From: Candidatus Micrarchaeota archaeon
Lineage (GTDB): Archaea > Micrarchaeota > Micrarchaeia > Anstonellales > Bilamarchaeaceae
DNA length: 64,000 nucleotides
Direction of reading: 5' to 3'
Assembly: GCA_014727975.1 (NCBI GenBank)
Contig: WJMK01000017.1
Span: 3,926-67,925 of the forward strand
Numbering within the stretch: position 1 is the stretch's first letter; the number at the start of each line of letters is the position of its first letter. Made by a program: the position numbers and the translations under genes. The notes below the pieces were generated by a model. It saw only the letters and a list, made by a program, of their open reading frames with translations. It did not search any database and was not told where the DNA came from. This document shows positions 35,165-44,330 of the stretch, piece by piece.

Positions 35165-35739
35165 CAATAGTGAAAGTTCTTTTTGTAGTGTTTTGCTTTG
35201 TTTCATTTTTCTTCGGCTATCTCAGCTATAAAGACATGTTTGGCAGTTTCGGGGCAGAAGCATGGGTTTTCATACCTGACTGCCCACTGTATGTTGCACT
35301 CCTTCTTCTGGTTGTGCTTTTCGACATAAAAAATGACGGGTTCAGGTTCCTGGTTGGTGCGGGGCTGATAAAGTATGGAATCTGGACCTTGATGATTTTT
35401 GCGCTGTACCCTGAATATTACTTTTCATCTCCATATGCAGCGCAGACCACAATATTGGTGCTGGGCCATGCGCTCATGGTGCTGTCTTCCCTTATACTTG
35501 TGCCAAAAAAGGTGGATGCAAGGCTTGTGCTGCTTGTGGTCTGCTGGTTCCTGCTGAATGATTTCATGGATTACTGGGCAGGGACGGCCCCTCTGTTCCC
35601 AGACGGGCACATGGATTTTGTAGTTCCTGCAACAATAGCCTTAAGTGCCCTTTCTGTGTTTGCATTATATGAATTAAGGCATCTGCGGGATTTAGGGATA
35701 ATGGAGTGGCTGCGGATGCAACTGGGTGTATCGAAATGA
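35161..35739 (+). CDS. polytopic membrane protein (possibly DUF1405-like)
   Basis: About 5-6 hydrophobic helices and an FIPDCPLY motif. TTG start overlapping the upstream stop. The family assignment is tentative. Confidence 0.5.
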   Translation: MTIVKVLFVVFCFVSFFFGYLSYKDMFGSFGAEAWVFIPDCPLYVALLLLVVLFDIKNDGFRFLVGAGLIKYGIWTLMIFALYPEYYFSSPYAAQTTILVLGHALMVLSSLILVPKKVDARLVLLVVCWFLLNDFMDYWAGTAPLFPDGHMDFVVPATIALSALSVFALYELRHLRDLGIMEWLRMQLGVSK

Positions 35740-37202
35740 AAGTGGAATTTGAGAAAAAGGCAATTGAGGATGTTTCTGCGGATGCGGTCGTGCTTCCGTG
35801 CATGAAAAAGAGGGTCCCTTCCTGGGTGCTTGAAGAACTGAAGGAAGCAGGGGTAGAGGATGATTTTGATGGTTCAAAGGAAACAGCTTACCTGCTTCCC
35901 GTCCCAAAAAAGCCATATAAACGCATTATGCTGATTGGGATTGGTGATGAGAAGAAGGGTAAACTTGAAGACTTCAGGCTGGCAGGGGGCAGGGCACAGA
36001 AAGCAGCTTCAAAAGGCGGGCTGAAAAGCTGCGCACTCTGGATCAATGAACAAATGGACCTGCCTACGGGGAAAGCAGTGCAGGCATTTGTGGAGGGGTT
36101 TCTGCTTAGGGGCCTAAAGCTGGACATATACAAGACAGAAGAGAAAAATGAAAAAAAGGAGGTTGAAAAGCTTGTTGTGGTTTCAGAAGAAGATTTTTCC
36201 CGGTTTGTAAAGGAAGCTGTGGTGCTTGCAGAATCCCAGAATTATGTAAGGAGGCTTGACCTGGAGCCTTCAAATGTGCTTACCCCTCAGAAAATGGCTG
36301 ATGAAGCATTGGTGCTTGCAAAAAAACATGGAATGGACTGCAGAGTGTACAGCCTGGGCGAATTGGAACAAAAGGGGATGGGGGGCATCATCTCTGTAGG
36401 GAAAGGGAGTGCAAAGCCCCCTGTGCTGGTAAGGATGGCATATAATGAGGGGAAGGACCTTCCGCACATCGCGCTTGTGGGAAAGGCTGTCACATTTGAT
36501 AGTGGGGGGATTTCGCTCAAGCCGGGCAAGGGAATGGCAAGCATGAAATACGACAAGAGCGGGGCGCTTGTCCTGATGGGAGTGATGCGTGCGCTTGCAG
36601 AGCTCAGGGCACCTGTAAAGGCAACCCTTGTTTTTGGGGCAGTGGAAAACATGCCAGACGGGAACGCGACAAACCCTGGTGATGTGGTAAAGAGCTTCAG
36701 CGGAAAAACGATTGAGATAATAAATACAGATGCAGAGGGAAGAGTCTGCCTCGCAGATGCAGTTGCATATGCAGCAACAAAAAAACCCGAACTTATCATG
36801 GATGTTGCAACCCTGACTGGGGCTGCAAATATTGTGCTGGGAAAACAGGGGATTTGCATGATGGGCACTGAGCAGGGTGTGCTGGACCTTTTTGAAAAAT
36901 GCGGAAATGAGACTTATGAGCGAGTATGGCCCCTGCCTACCTGGGAGGAATACTCAGACATGATAAAGAGCGATATTGCGGATGTGAAGAACCTTGGCAG
37001 CGAACAGGGCGAAGCGGGCACGATAACTGCAGGGATGTTCATCAAGGAGTTTACTTCAGGCCTGCCCTGGGTGCACCTGGACATTGCAAGTGTTGATCTA
37101 ATGGAAAACCCAAACGCATACCTGCCAAAGGGCCCCAGTGCAAGAGGAGTGAGGCTAATCACCTCTTTTGTGCGCGAGTGGGCCCAGAAAAGGGGGAAGT
37201 AG
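35736..37202 (+). CDS. pepA: leucyl aminopeptidase (M17)
   Basis: VGKAVTFDSGGISLKP, MKYDKSGA and the signature NTDAEGRVCLAD. The ATG at 35736 overlaps the upstream stop (ATGA). Confidence 0.9.
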   Translation: MKVEFEKKAIEDVSADAVVLPCMKKRVPSWVLEELKEAGVEDDFDGSKETAYLLPVPKKPYKRIMLIGIGDEKKGKLEDFRLAGGRAQKAASKGGLKSCALWINEQMDLPTGKAVQAFVEGFLLRGLKLDIYKTEEKNEKKEVEKLVVVSEEDFSRFVKEAVVLAESQNYVRRLDLEPSNVLTPQKMADEALVLAKKHGMDCRVYSLGELEQKGMGGIISVGKGSAKPPVLVRMAYNEGKDLPHIALVGKAVTFDSGGISLKPGKGMASMKYDKSGALVLMGVMRALAELRAPVKATLVFGAVENMPDGNATNPGDVVKSFSGKTIEIINTDAEGRVCLADAVAYAATKKPELIMDVATLTGAANIVLGKQGICMMGTEQGVLDLFEKCGNETYERVWPLPTWEEYSDMIKSDIADVKNLGSEQGEAGTITAGMFIKEFTSGLPWVHLDIASVDLMENPNAYLPKGPSARGVRLITSFVREWAQKRGK

Positions 37203-37243
37203 GGGCAACGCAAAAAATTAAATAATGAACGAGAAATTATATT

Positions 37244-40200
37244 ATGAAAGCCCGATTTCTTATTCTGCTTGTTTTGGTAGCGGCATCCAGCATAAATGCT
37301 GCAAGCGAAAGCTACCCACGGCCATGGGAAAATGAAACATGGGTGGATGAAAATCCCTATGCGCATTGCTTCTTCGGCATAATGTTCCTGGACATAAGCG
37401 GCTCTCTTGTGGCAGATGAGGACAAGTTAATTGAAAGCAGCCTCAACCAAAGCATCCCGGATTTCCAGGAAAGCCTTGATACGATTAGGCTTGGGGAAAT
37501 ACACTCAGAATTGGCAGTAGGAGGCAAAACAAACAACAACATCGACCGGGCAATTGAAGCAAAGGACAATGCAGATGAAATACGCCTTGGGGTAGAAGAC
37601 ATCGTGCCATTAAAATATTCTTGGGACGTGTGGAGCTACCCCGGATATTGGGGGGATTGCATTGATTATTCGCTTCTTGCACTTGAGGGATACGCAGCAG
37701 AGATCAACCAGAAGCGGGGAGAGTTTGAATCATGGAGGGGGAAGCTGCAATATGCCGGGGTGTGTGACGAGGATTACGCCGGCCAGAGCATTGAATACTG
37801 CAATATGCCTCTTGAAGATGCAAAATGTGTTGCCTCTGGCATATGGGAGGACGTCCCTGATTTTGAATGGTATTATGGGTGCATGCACGAGCACTGGGAA
37901 ACAATAGATTCCCTTGATTCCAGGCTCAATGGGGTAATGCTGGCGTACAATGAAACAGTGGACATGTGCGAAGACGGCAGAGAAGAAGCTGAAAACCGCA
38001 AGGCGGAAGCAGACTCAAAATTCTCAGAGATAGAGGGGGAAGAACTAGGCAGCATCTACCGGAGCTCATATGGTGAAGGGAACAGTGGTGCGCTGGGGGT
38101 AAGGGGCACATACGAACGCCTGGTTGAAACAAAAGATGCTGCAGATGCAGAATATTCCAAAGCAGAGAAAGCAGATGAGGGGGACAGCAAATGGCTGAAA
38201 GACTGCATTGTGGGGAGCGGGAATGCAATTTCCGGGTATGAACTGGTCTTGCAGAGCAGCATACTGGAAGAAGCAGATTCAGTAGTTGAGGAATATGGGG
38301 AGGGTGCATGGGAAAGGCTAGAAGAAGCAAACACCATCGAGAATAAGATGGGGGGACTGGGGAAAGACCGGCTTGCAACCGCCCGGGCCGAGTGCACTGC
38401 AGGGGACGGGGCAGGCACACTCGGGCAGAGGTTTGTGCATTATGGAAAATGCACCAAATATGCTAATATGGCGATTGAATCCGCTGAAGAGGGGGAGGGT
38501 GCCCTGGAGGCATATATATCTGCCGAACTCTCCTGGCTGGATGGTTTCCTTTCCAAGGCAGAGGAGGACTTCATAGATACACATATTGAACGTGCACAGG
38601 AAGCCTTATTGGAGCAGGGAATGCCCGCAGATTTCCTGGAGGTTGTGGAGAATATTGAAGAAAGCATCCTGGCCAAAGCAGAGCACAAATATGGATACCT
38701 TGAAGAGAAAAGGGCTGCGCTCAAAGCAGATATCTTGTTGGGGGGCCAGCAATTCGGGTACCTGAACAGTTGGTTTGAGGTAGGGGAGGAATGCTATTCC
38801 GGCAATGTCCTCGACTATTCCTGCGCACTTGGCCAGCTGAATGAGATGGGCAGCCTCTACCTGGAGATTGAGGGAGAGCTCCTTGCGCAGAAAGACCTCC
38901 TGGTTGAGAGTTCCCTGGTAGTGGATGAAGAGGAGAGGCTTGAGATTCCAAAATTGGATGATCCTAGCGAAGCATACCTTTATGTTGACATCACAAACCC
39001 CACTAAATTCTCTGGGGAGGATGTTGTTGTGGAAATCCCCACAAGCTTTGAATTCAGGAAACTTGATTTGGTTTCCGGCTCGGATTATGTGCGCATGGTT
39101 ACCCCTTCAAGGAATAAAATAGAGATATACCTGACAACAATAGGGCCGGAGGAAACAATCCACCTACAATTCAAAAAAGAGCATGTGGTCTGCAGGTCAA
39201 AAAGCTATGAGGAAGAGGCTTTTGGAGATAGTGAGGGGGGAGCAACCGTATCAAAGACCCTGAAAATTGACTGTGAGCAGGAAGTGGGGGGGATTATCCT
39301 GGGGGAGGGATTTGAAGCGGATGAAGTGTATGTAAATGGCCTGAGAGCGGAGATGGAAGAAGGGTGCCTCCCTTCTGTTTTTGCTGAGGGGGCCCACACT
39401 ATAGAGATGGAGTCATATGAAATAGATGCATATGATGTGGAGAGGGAACTTGCATTTGCAAGCACGCTGGGGCAGACCACCAATATTGAGCTGTTTTTCA
39501 ATTTCGAGCCAAAGAAGGACCTGGAATACATTGCATACTCGAGTGTGGAAGAAGGAAAAGACTTGGACGACCTGGATGTGTTCGGCTATACAGGGGAAAA
39601 AATAACTGAAAAGAAAACAATGGGGGAAAGCACAATCTTCTTCAAGGTGCATGACTTGGTTGAAGGAAAGGAGGCCAAAGTAAGGGTCAGTTATGAAATA
39701 AGCGACCTAGAGGATTACCTTAATGAGCAGATACTATATTACTCAGGGCAAAACCTTACGGAAGAAGAAGAAGTCCTCCTAACACAGGCAAAAAACTACC
39801 TGCTTGCTGATGAGAACACTGGTGCCTACCAAGCAATTGAAGAACTAAGGGGCAAAACCGAAAAAAGGAAAAAGGCAGAGGGCAAGGTGGCCCAGAAACA
39901 TGAAAAAATTTGTGAAAAAATCGAAGAAAAAATAGCCAAGCTAAGTGCAGCGGTCAGCCTGGCAGAAGAGTTGGGCATATCCAACAACATCATAAGGGAG
40001 ATGGTGTCCCGTTTAAGCGAGTTGGAAGATGCGCTTGGAACAGAGGTAGAAAGCGGGGCGCTTGTCGGCCCGCTTGAAAGCTTTGACATGAACTGGGAGA
40101 AGAGGGAACTTACAAAGATATCGAAGGAGCTGCTTAAGCTTGAGAAAGATGTCAAAGAACAATGGTCTGAAACAGGAATGGAAGATGAAGCTGTTGGGGA

Positions 40201-40924
40201 CGCAATAGAAGAAGTTGAGCAGAAAAACAGCCAGTTTTCAGGGAGCCTTGATTTTGAAGATGGTGTGAGGGCGTTTTATGCATTAGGCCTTGCAGAGAGT
40301 GCACTTGAGAAATTAGGGGAAGAGCAGGATAGCTCGGATGCAGAAAACAAGGCACTGTTGGAAAGCGAACTGGAAGATGGATATGATTTGCTGGAAGAAT
40401 ACAGCCGGGAATATGAAGAAGCGGATGGTACGCATCTGGAAGGGCTCTTCATGAAAAAGCCAAGTGAGATAAGCAAGTCGTTCAAGGAGGCTTCCTCTTC
40501 AGAGGATTATGATGGTGCTATCTCCGGAATAACTGAGCTTGAAGAGGAGATGGAAGGGACCATGGAGCTGCTTAAAAAAGAAGCTGAAAGAACAGGGGAG
40601 AATGTAGAAGCACTATATTCAGAAGTAAAGGATGAGATGAAAGAAGCAGATGCGGCTTTTGTTGAGGCATCGATCCAGAATGCAGAAAACTATTATTCCA
40701 ATGGTGAATATGTGCGTGCAATAAAAAGCCTGGAAGATGGAATCAGGAGGCTTCAGAGCTTCGAACGGAAGCAGGAAGGCCTGCTTGTGCTTGCAATAAC
40801 CGGGCTGCTGGTCCTGGGGATAATTGCCCTTTACCTGCTCAGGGACCAGATACCAAAAGACCTGCTTCCAAAAAAGGAGGAGAAGAAATACAAAAAACTG
40901 AAACGGGAGCCGCCTAGCCCATGA
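37244..40924 (+). CDS. giant (1226 aa) very acidic surface protein: signal peptide, coiled-coil regions, C-terminal TM anchor
   Basis: Signal MKARFLILLVLVAASSINA. Very E/D-rich. C-terminus LLVLAITGLLVLGIIALYLL followed by a basic tail. Confidence 0.6.
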   Translation: MKARFLILLVLVAASSINAASESYPRPWENETWVDENPYAHCFFGIMFLDISGSLVADEDKLIESSLNQSIPDFQESLDTIRLGEIHSELAVGGKTNNNIDRAIEAKDNADEIRLGVEDIVPLKYSWDVWSYPGYWGDCIDYSLLALEGYAAEINQKRGEFESWRGKLQYAGVCDEDYAGQSIEYCNMPLEDAKCVASGIWEDVPDFEWYYGCMHEHWETIDSLDSRLNGVMLAYNETVDMCEDGREEAENRKAEADSKFSEIEGEELGSIYRSSYGEGNSGALGVRGTYERLVETKDAADAEYSKAEKADEGDSKWLKDCIVGSGNAISGYELVLQSSILEEADSVVEEYGEGAWERLEEANTIENKMGGLGKDRLATARAECTAGDGAGTLGQRFVHYGKCTKYANMAIESAEEGEGALEAYISAELSWLDGFLSKAEEDFIDTHIERAQEALLEQGMPADFLEVVENIEESILAKAEHKYGYLEEKRAALKADILLGGQQFGYLNSWFEVGEECYSGNVLDYSCALGQLNEMGSLYLEIEGELLAQKDLLVESSLVVDEEERLEIPKLDDPSEAYLYVDITNPTKFSGEDVVVEIPTSFEFRKLDLVSGSDYVRMVTPSRNKIEIYLTTIGPEETIHLQFKKEHVVCRSKSYEEEAFGDSEGGATVSKTLKIDCEQEVGGIILGEGFEADEVYVNGLRAEMEEGCLPSVFAEGAHTIEMESYEIDAYDVERELAFASTLGQTTNIELFFNFEPKKDLEYIAYSSVEEGKDLDDLDVFGYTGEKITEKKTMGESTIFFKVHDLVEGKEAKVRVSYEISDLEDYLNEQILYYSGQNLTEEEEVLLTQAKNYLLADENTGAYQAIEELRGKTEKRKKAEGKVAQKHEKICEKIEEKIAKLSAAVSLAEELGISNNIIREMVSRLSELEDALGTEVESGALVGPLESFDMNWEKRELTKISKELLKLEKDVKEQWSETGMEDEAVGDAIEEVEQKNSQFSGSLDFEDGVRAFYALGLAESALEKLGEEQDSSDAENKALLESELEDGYDLLEEYSREYEEADGTHLEGLFMKKPSEISKSFKEASSSEDYDGAISGITELEEEMEGTMELLKKEAERTGENVEALYSEVKDEMKEADAAFVEASIQNAENYYSNGEYVRAIKSLEDGIRRLQSFERKQEGLLVLAITGLLVLGIIALYLLRDQIPKDLLPKKEEKKYKKLKREPPSP

Positions 40925-42440
40925 ATTGCATAATTGTGTTCTGGCCTCTTGTTTTCTTCTTTTTTGCGGAAAGGGGCTTTCCTGCCCTGAATTTTTCCTG
41001 GAAAGAAAGCAGGACTTCTTTCATCTTTTTTTCGCGTTTTTTTGAGGCCCAATAATAATGCTCATCCCGGGTTGATTTTGTCATTAGGACATATACTGCG
41101 CCTTCCCTGAGCCTTCCTGCCCGCCCCCTTCTCTGGATAGAGCGTATTTCGCTGGGAATGGGCTCGTAAAATATTACTGCGTCCACCTCAGGGATGTCCA
41201 GGCCCTCCTCCCCAATGGAGCTTGCTACAAGGACATCAAATTCCCCTTTCCTGAAGGAGTCCATGGTCTGCTCCTGTATCTTCCTTGTAAATCTTTCCCG
41301 TTTGCCCATAAAGGGCCTGGCTTTTACCCCTTGCTTTTCAAACTCAGAAACAATCTGGGTAATCTGGTCCCGGTATTGCACAAACACTATCAGCTTCCTG
41401 CCCCTAAGCCCAGAAACAAGTGAAAGGAGCTTTTTCATTTTTGGGTGGTCATCGCTAGATGCCAGGAGCGAAAGTATCTTTTGTACTTCCTGGCTTGAGC
41501 TCACTGTTTTGGCTGATTTCGAGTCAGCTTTTGAGAGTTTTTCCAGGTATTTATAAACAGGGGCCTTCCCCTGTGTTTCAAGAAGCTCCTGTAGGTGAAG
41601 GGCATGCAAAAGGCAGGTGTACAGGTAAATAAGGCGATACTTCATAGGGTGCTTTATCTTAAGAATTTTCGGCCTAAGAGCAAGGAAGGCGCGTTTTGAG
41701 ATTATCTGCGGGCGGACCCCCATGTTCCGGAGCAGGGTAACCTGTTTTTTTATATACCTTGAAAGTATTTCCTTTGCTTCGCCATACTCCTTTCCGAGCT
41801 CAACAGGAATCCATGTATAATCCATTTTTTTCATATATGGGCTGACATCAGGGTCTGTTGGGGACCTCACTTCAATATTGGTTATCCTCAGATTTGTAAG
41901 GACCTCCTTTATTTTTGCACGGTCCCCTCCTGGTGAAGCAGTAAGTGCAATTATCTTGGCTTCGGGAGGAATGTGCTCAGCGATCTGCACATAGGCATAG
42001 TCCCCTACTGCCCGGTGCGCTTCATCAAAAACAACAAGGGAAACTTCTTCTCCAGGAAAGATGCCTTTTTGGATATCGTTTCTTATTGTCTGTGGGGTTG
42101 AAGAAATTATTTTGTTTTGATACAATTCTGCGCGTTTTTTTGGAGGGGATTCGCCAGTAACCAAAACCGAGCCTCCGTCTATATTGCCCAAAACATCCAA
42201 TATTGTCTGGGTGTGCTGGCGGGCCAGTGGCTTTGTTGGGGTGAGGAAGATGCATTTGCCAGTGGCCTTTTCCATAAGGCTGAGGGCAATAAGTGTTTTT
42301 CCCAACCCAGTTGGAAGCACTACCAATGTGTTTCCGTTGGCTTGTATGGAGTTAATTATCTGCTCTTGGTATTCCCGTGGTTGGAGATTCATCGTTTTTG
42401 AATATACTTCAGACGATTTAAAAGAGTGAGGGGGGTACAT
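40914..42440 (-). CDS. hef: Hef/FANCM-type SF2 helicase (helicase module only, no ERCC4 nuclease domain), C-terminal PIP-like box
   Basis: REYQEQII...LVVLPTGLGKTLIA, VVFDEAHRAVGDYAY, LTASPG, and helicase C motifs (VASSIGEEGLDIPEVD, QRRGRAGR). The C-terminus is ...KKKKTRGQNTIMQFMG. The start is uncertain (42440 or 42392). The ATG at 42497 lies inside the palindrome and is rejected. Confidence 0.85.
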   Translation of the reverse strand: MYPPHSFKSSEVYSKTMNLQPREYQEQIINSIQANGNTLVVLPTGLGKTLIALSLMEKATGKCIFLTPTKPLARQHTQTILDVLGNIDGGSVLVTGESPPKKRAELYQNKIISSTPQTIRNDIQKGIFPGEEVSLVVFDEAHRAVGDYAYVQIAEHIPPEAKIIALTASPGGDRAKIKEVLTNLRITNIEVRSPTDPDVSPYMKKMDYTWIPVELGKEYGEAKEILSRYIKKQVTLLRNMGVRPQIISKRAFLALRPKILKIKHPMKYRLIYLYTCLLHALHLQELLETQGKAPVYKYLEKLSKADSKSAKTVSSSQEVQKILSLLASSDDHPKMKKLLSLVSGLRGRKLIVFVQYRDQITQIVSEFEKQGVKARPFMGKRERFTRKIQEQTMDSFRKGEFDVLVASSIGEEGLDIPEVDAVIFYEPIPSEIRSIQRRGRAGRLREGAVYVLMTKSTRDEHYYWASKKREKKMKEVLLSFQEKFRAGKPLSAKKKKTRGQNTIMQFMG

Positions 42441-42488
42441 TTCCACTATTCTGCCTTTGTTTCCATAAATGTTATAATTAAAAATATA

Positions 42489-42504
42489 TGTAACCATGGT
42501 TACA
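42489..42504. promoter_or_regulatory. perfect 16-bp palindrome TGTAACCATGGTTACA (copy 3 of 4)
   Basis: Lies in the divergent intergenic region between hef (-) and the 77-aa ORF (+). It flanks an AT-rich TATA-like stretch at 42460-42488. Confidence 0.9.
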
Positions 42505-42508
42505 TAGT

Positions 42509-42742
42509 ATGTTAGTATATTTATACGACCTTAAATCATCTGTTAAGGATTACAACCGCCTAAAAAGAAACTTCTATTACCATCTAAACAAAAATGGATA
42601 CAACCAATATTTCTGGAAAACAAAATCTGTTCTTGTTGCACCTGATGAGATGGAACGCGCACTTGATGGGTTCTTCAAGGATTTCAATAAGTTTGTAGTT
42701 GCTTATAAAATCCATACAGATTCAATAGAAGAGATGGAATAG
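42509..42742 (+). CDS. small AT-rich ORF (77 aa) with a Cas2/VapD-like secondary-structure pattern
   Basis: MLVYLYDL... The residue pattern is compatible with a beta-alpha-beta-beta-alpha-beta ferredoxin-like fold, with Asp after strand 1. It is markedly more AT-rich than its neighbours. No CRISPR or cas genes are nearby. Confidence 0.4.
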   Translation: MLVYLYDLKSSVKDYNRLKRNFYYHLNKNGYNQYFWKTKSVLVAPDEMERALDGFFKDFNKFVVAYKIHTDSIEEME

Positions 42743-42770
42743 TGGAAATGAGAGGCCTCTTCCCATTTCC

Positions 42771-44330
42771 TCAAATCAACTTACTCACATCTATCTCACA
42801 GACCGCAACAGCATGCCCAAGGCCAAATTTTTCCAAGGTTTCCGGATGCACAGAACCAATTATACCAATATCTTCTTTCCCAATGGAGATTTTTGCGCAC
42901 CTTCCTTTTATGAAGCATTTGTCCTCAGCTTCCTTAAGCCTGAATTTCTTTCCCACTTCTTTTATTAGCGTCTGTAGATAGGGCTGGAGAGTTGTGACAG
43001 AGGCACCTTCACCCATAATTCCAAAACAGAGTCTCTCTTCTTCTTTTTTAGTATAAACAGTTCCAATTTCATAAAAAAGCTGGGGGAGCCCCTTCATTTT
43101 GTTTGTTGAGAAGCAACCCATAATGCCAGGAAGAAGACTTGTCCTGAGGAAGGTAAATTCTTCTGAAGCGGAGTTTTTTATACCCAGAGCACCTCTTCCC
43201 CTTCCCACCGCGTTCAATTTTTCCATGTTTGTAAGGAAATAATTTTTTGTTTCCAAAAAACCCATCCCAGTCAAAGCATCATGAAACTGCTCTTCGCTCT
43301 CATCCCCCCCACCAACAGTTGAAATGCTTGGAAGGCTCGGCTCTAGGTTTTCATAGCCATAGCCAATTGCGATTTCTTCTATAATATCAGTAAATGAGAT
43401 AATGTCTGTGCGGTAAGGAGGGACCAGCACTTTCCCCTGTTCTGTGCCCATACCCATTTTTCCCAGTGCGTCGGATGCCTCCTTTTCACTGAGCCCAAGG
43501 CCAAGCACGCGGTTTGCCTCATTTAACTCCATCTTTACCCTGGCTGGGGAGAAATCTGGAAACGTTTTGCACCCAACTTTAACAGCATAGACTCTTCCTC
43601 CCCTGTCTGCAAGTGCAGTTGCAATTATATTAACGGTTTTTTCTACAGTTTCCTGGGAGGTTCCGGTTGATTCAACCAGCACTTCCTTTGTTTTGCTTGT
43701 TACGCGTGTCCTCTCCCCATTTATGATTGGGGGGAACGAGAAAATGCCTTCTTCATCAGATATCAGTACCGCGCCCTTTTCCACAAGGTGGGCGAATGCC
43801 CTTCCTTTCGGGTGCTTTTCCAGGATTTCTGCAACATCCATCTCTCCTTCCATGTCTAAGGGGGAAAACTTTTCTCCATGTGAGACGAAATACCTCATTC
43901 TGCCCTTTATTTTTGAAAGATCATGGATGCCTACTGCGACCTTTTTCCTCTTTCTCCCAATTGTATCATGCAGCTTTTCCTGCATCTGCATCAGGTCAAC
44001 AAGAAAGTCCTCATCAACATCAAGCCCCTTCACAACAGCTGCACAGACCGCGGGCCTGATTTTGGATGTCTCTTTTTCAACTTCCATCACATAGTTTGAA
44101 GGGGCAGCCTTGTATGGAGGCAGCACGTCCCCATAATATGCCTTTACTGCGCGCACAATGCCCTCAATGCAAAACAAGTCCGGCCGGTTTGGGGTAACCT
44201 CCACAACAAGCCCACCTTCTTCCCCTGGTTCTACAGGCATCCCGAGATTGGTAAGACATTCAATTATTTTTTTCTCATTGTGGCCACTAAGCTTTTCCAG
44301 CTTTTTGAAATCAACATTTATGACTGCCAT
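42771..44330 (-). CDS. pheT: phenylalanine--tRNA ligase beta subunit (archaeal type)
   Basis: The N-terminus has a B3/4-like domain (EVTPNRPDLFCIEGIVRAVKAY). The C-terminus has a B5 domain and a class II-like core. Length 519 aa. Confidence 0.95.
   Translation of the reverse strand: MAVINVDFKKLEKLSGHNEKKIIECLTNLGMPVEPGEEGGLVVEVTPNRPDLFCIEGIVRAVKAYYGDVLPPYKAAPSNYVMEVEKETSKIRPAVCAAVVKGLDVDEDFLVDLMQMQEKLHDTIGRKRKKVAVGIHDLSKIKGRMRYFVSHGEKFSPLDMEGEMDVAEILEKHPKGRAFAHLVEKGAVLISDEEGIFSFPPIINGERTRVTSKTKEVLVESTGTSQETVEKTVNIIATALADRGGRVYAVKVGCKTFPDFSPARVKMELNEANRVLGLGLSEKEASDALGKMGMGTEQGKVLVPPYRTDIISFTDIIEEIAIGYGYENLEPSLPSISTVGGGDESEEQFHDALTGMGFLETKNYFLTNMEKLNAVGRGRGALGIKNSASEEFTFLRTSLLPGIMGCFSTNKMKGLPQLFYEIGTVYTKKEEERLCFGIMGEGASVTTLQPYLQTLIKEVGKKFRLKEAEDKCFIKGRCAKISIGKEDIGIIGSVHPETLEKFGLGHAVAVCEIDVSKLI

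Noticed and set aside
42441-42497. N-terminal extension of hef starting at the ATG inside the palindrome
   Set aside because: This ATG is part of the CCATGG core of the repeated palindrome. The extension (MVTYIFNYNIYGNKGRIVE) covers the AT-rich promoter-like stretch.
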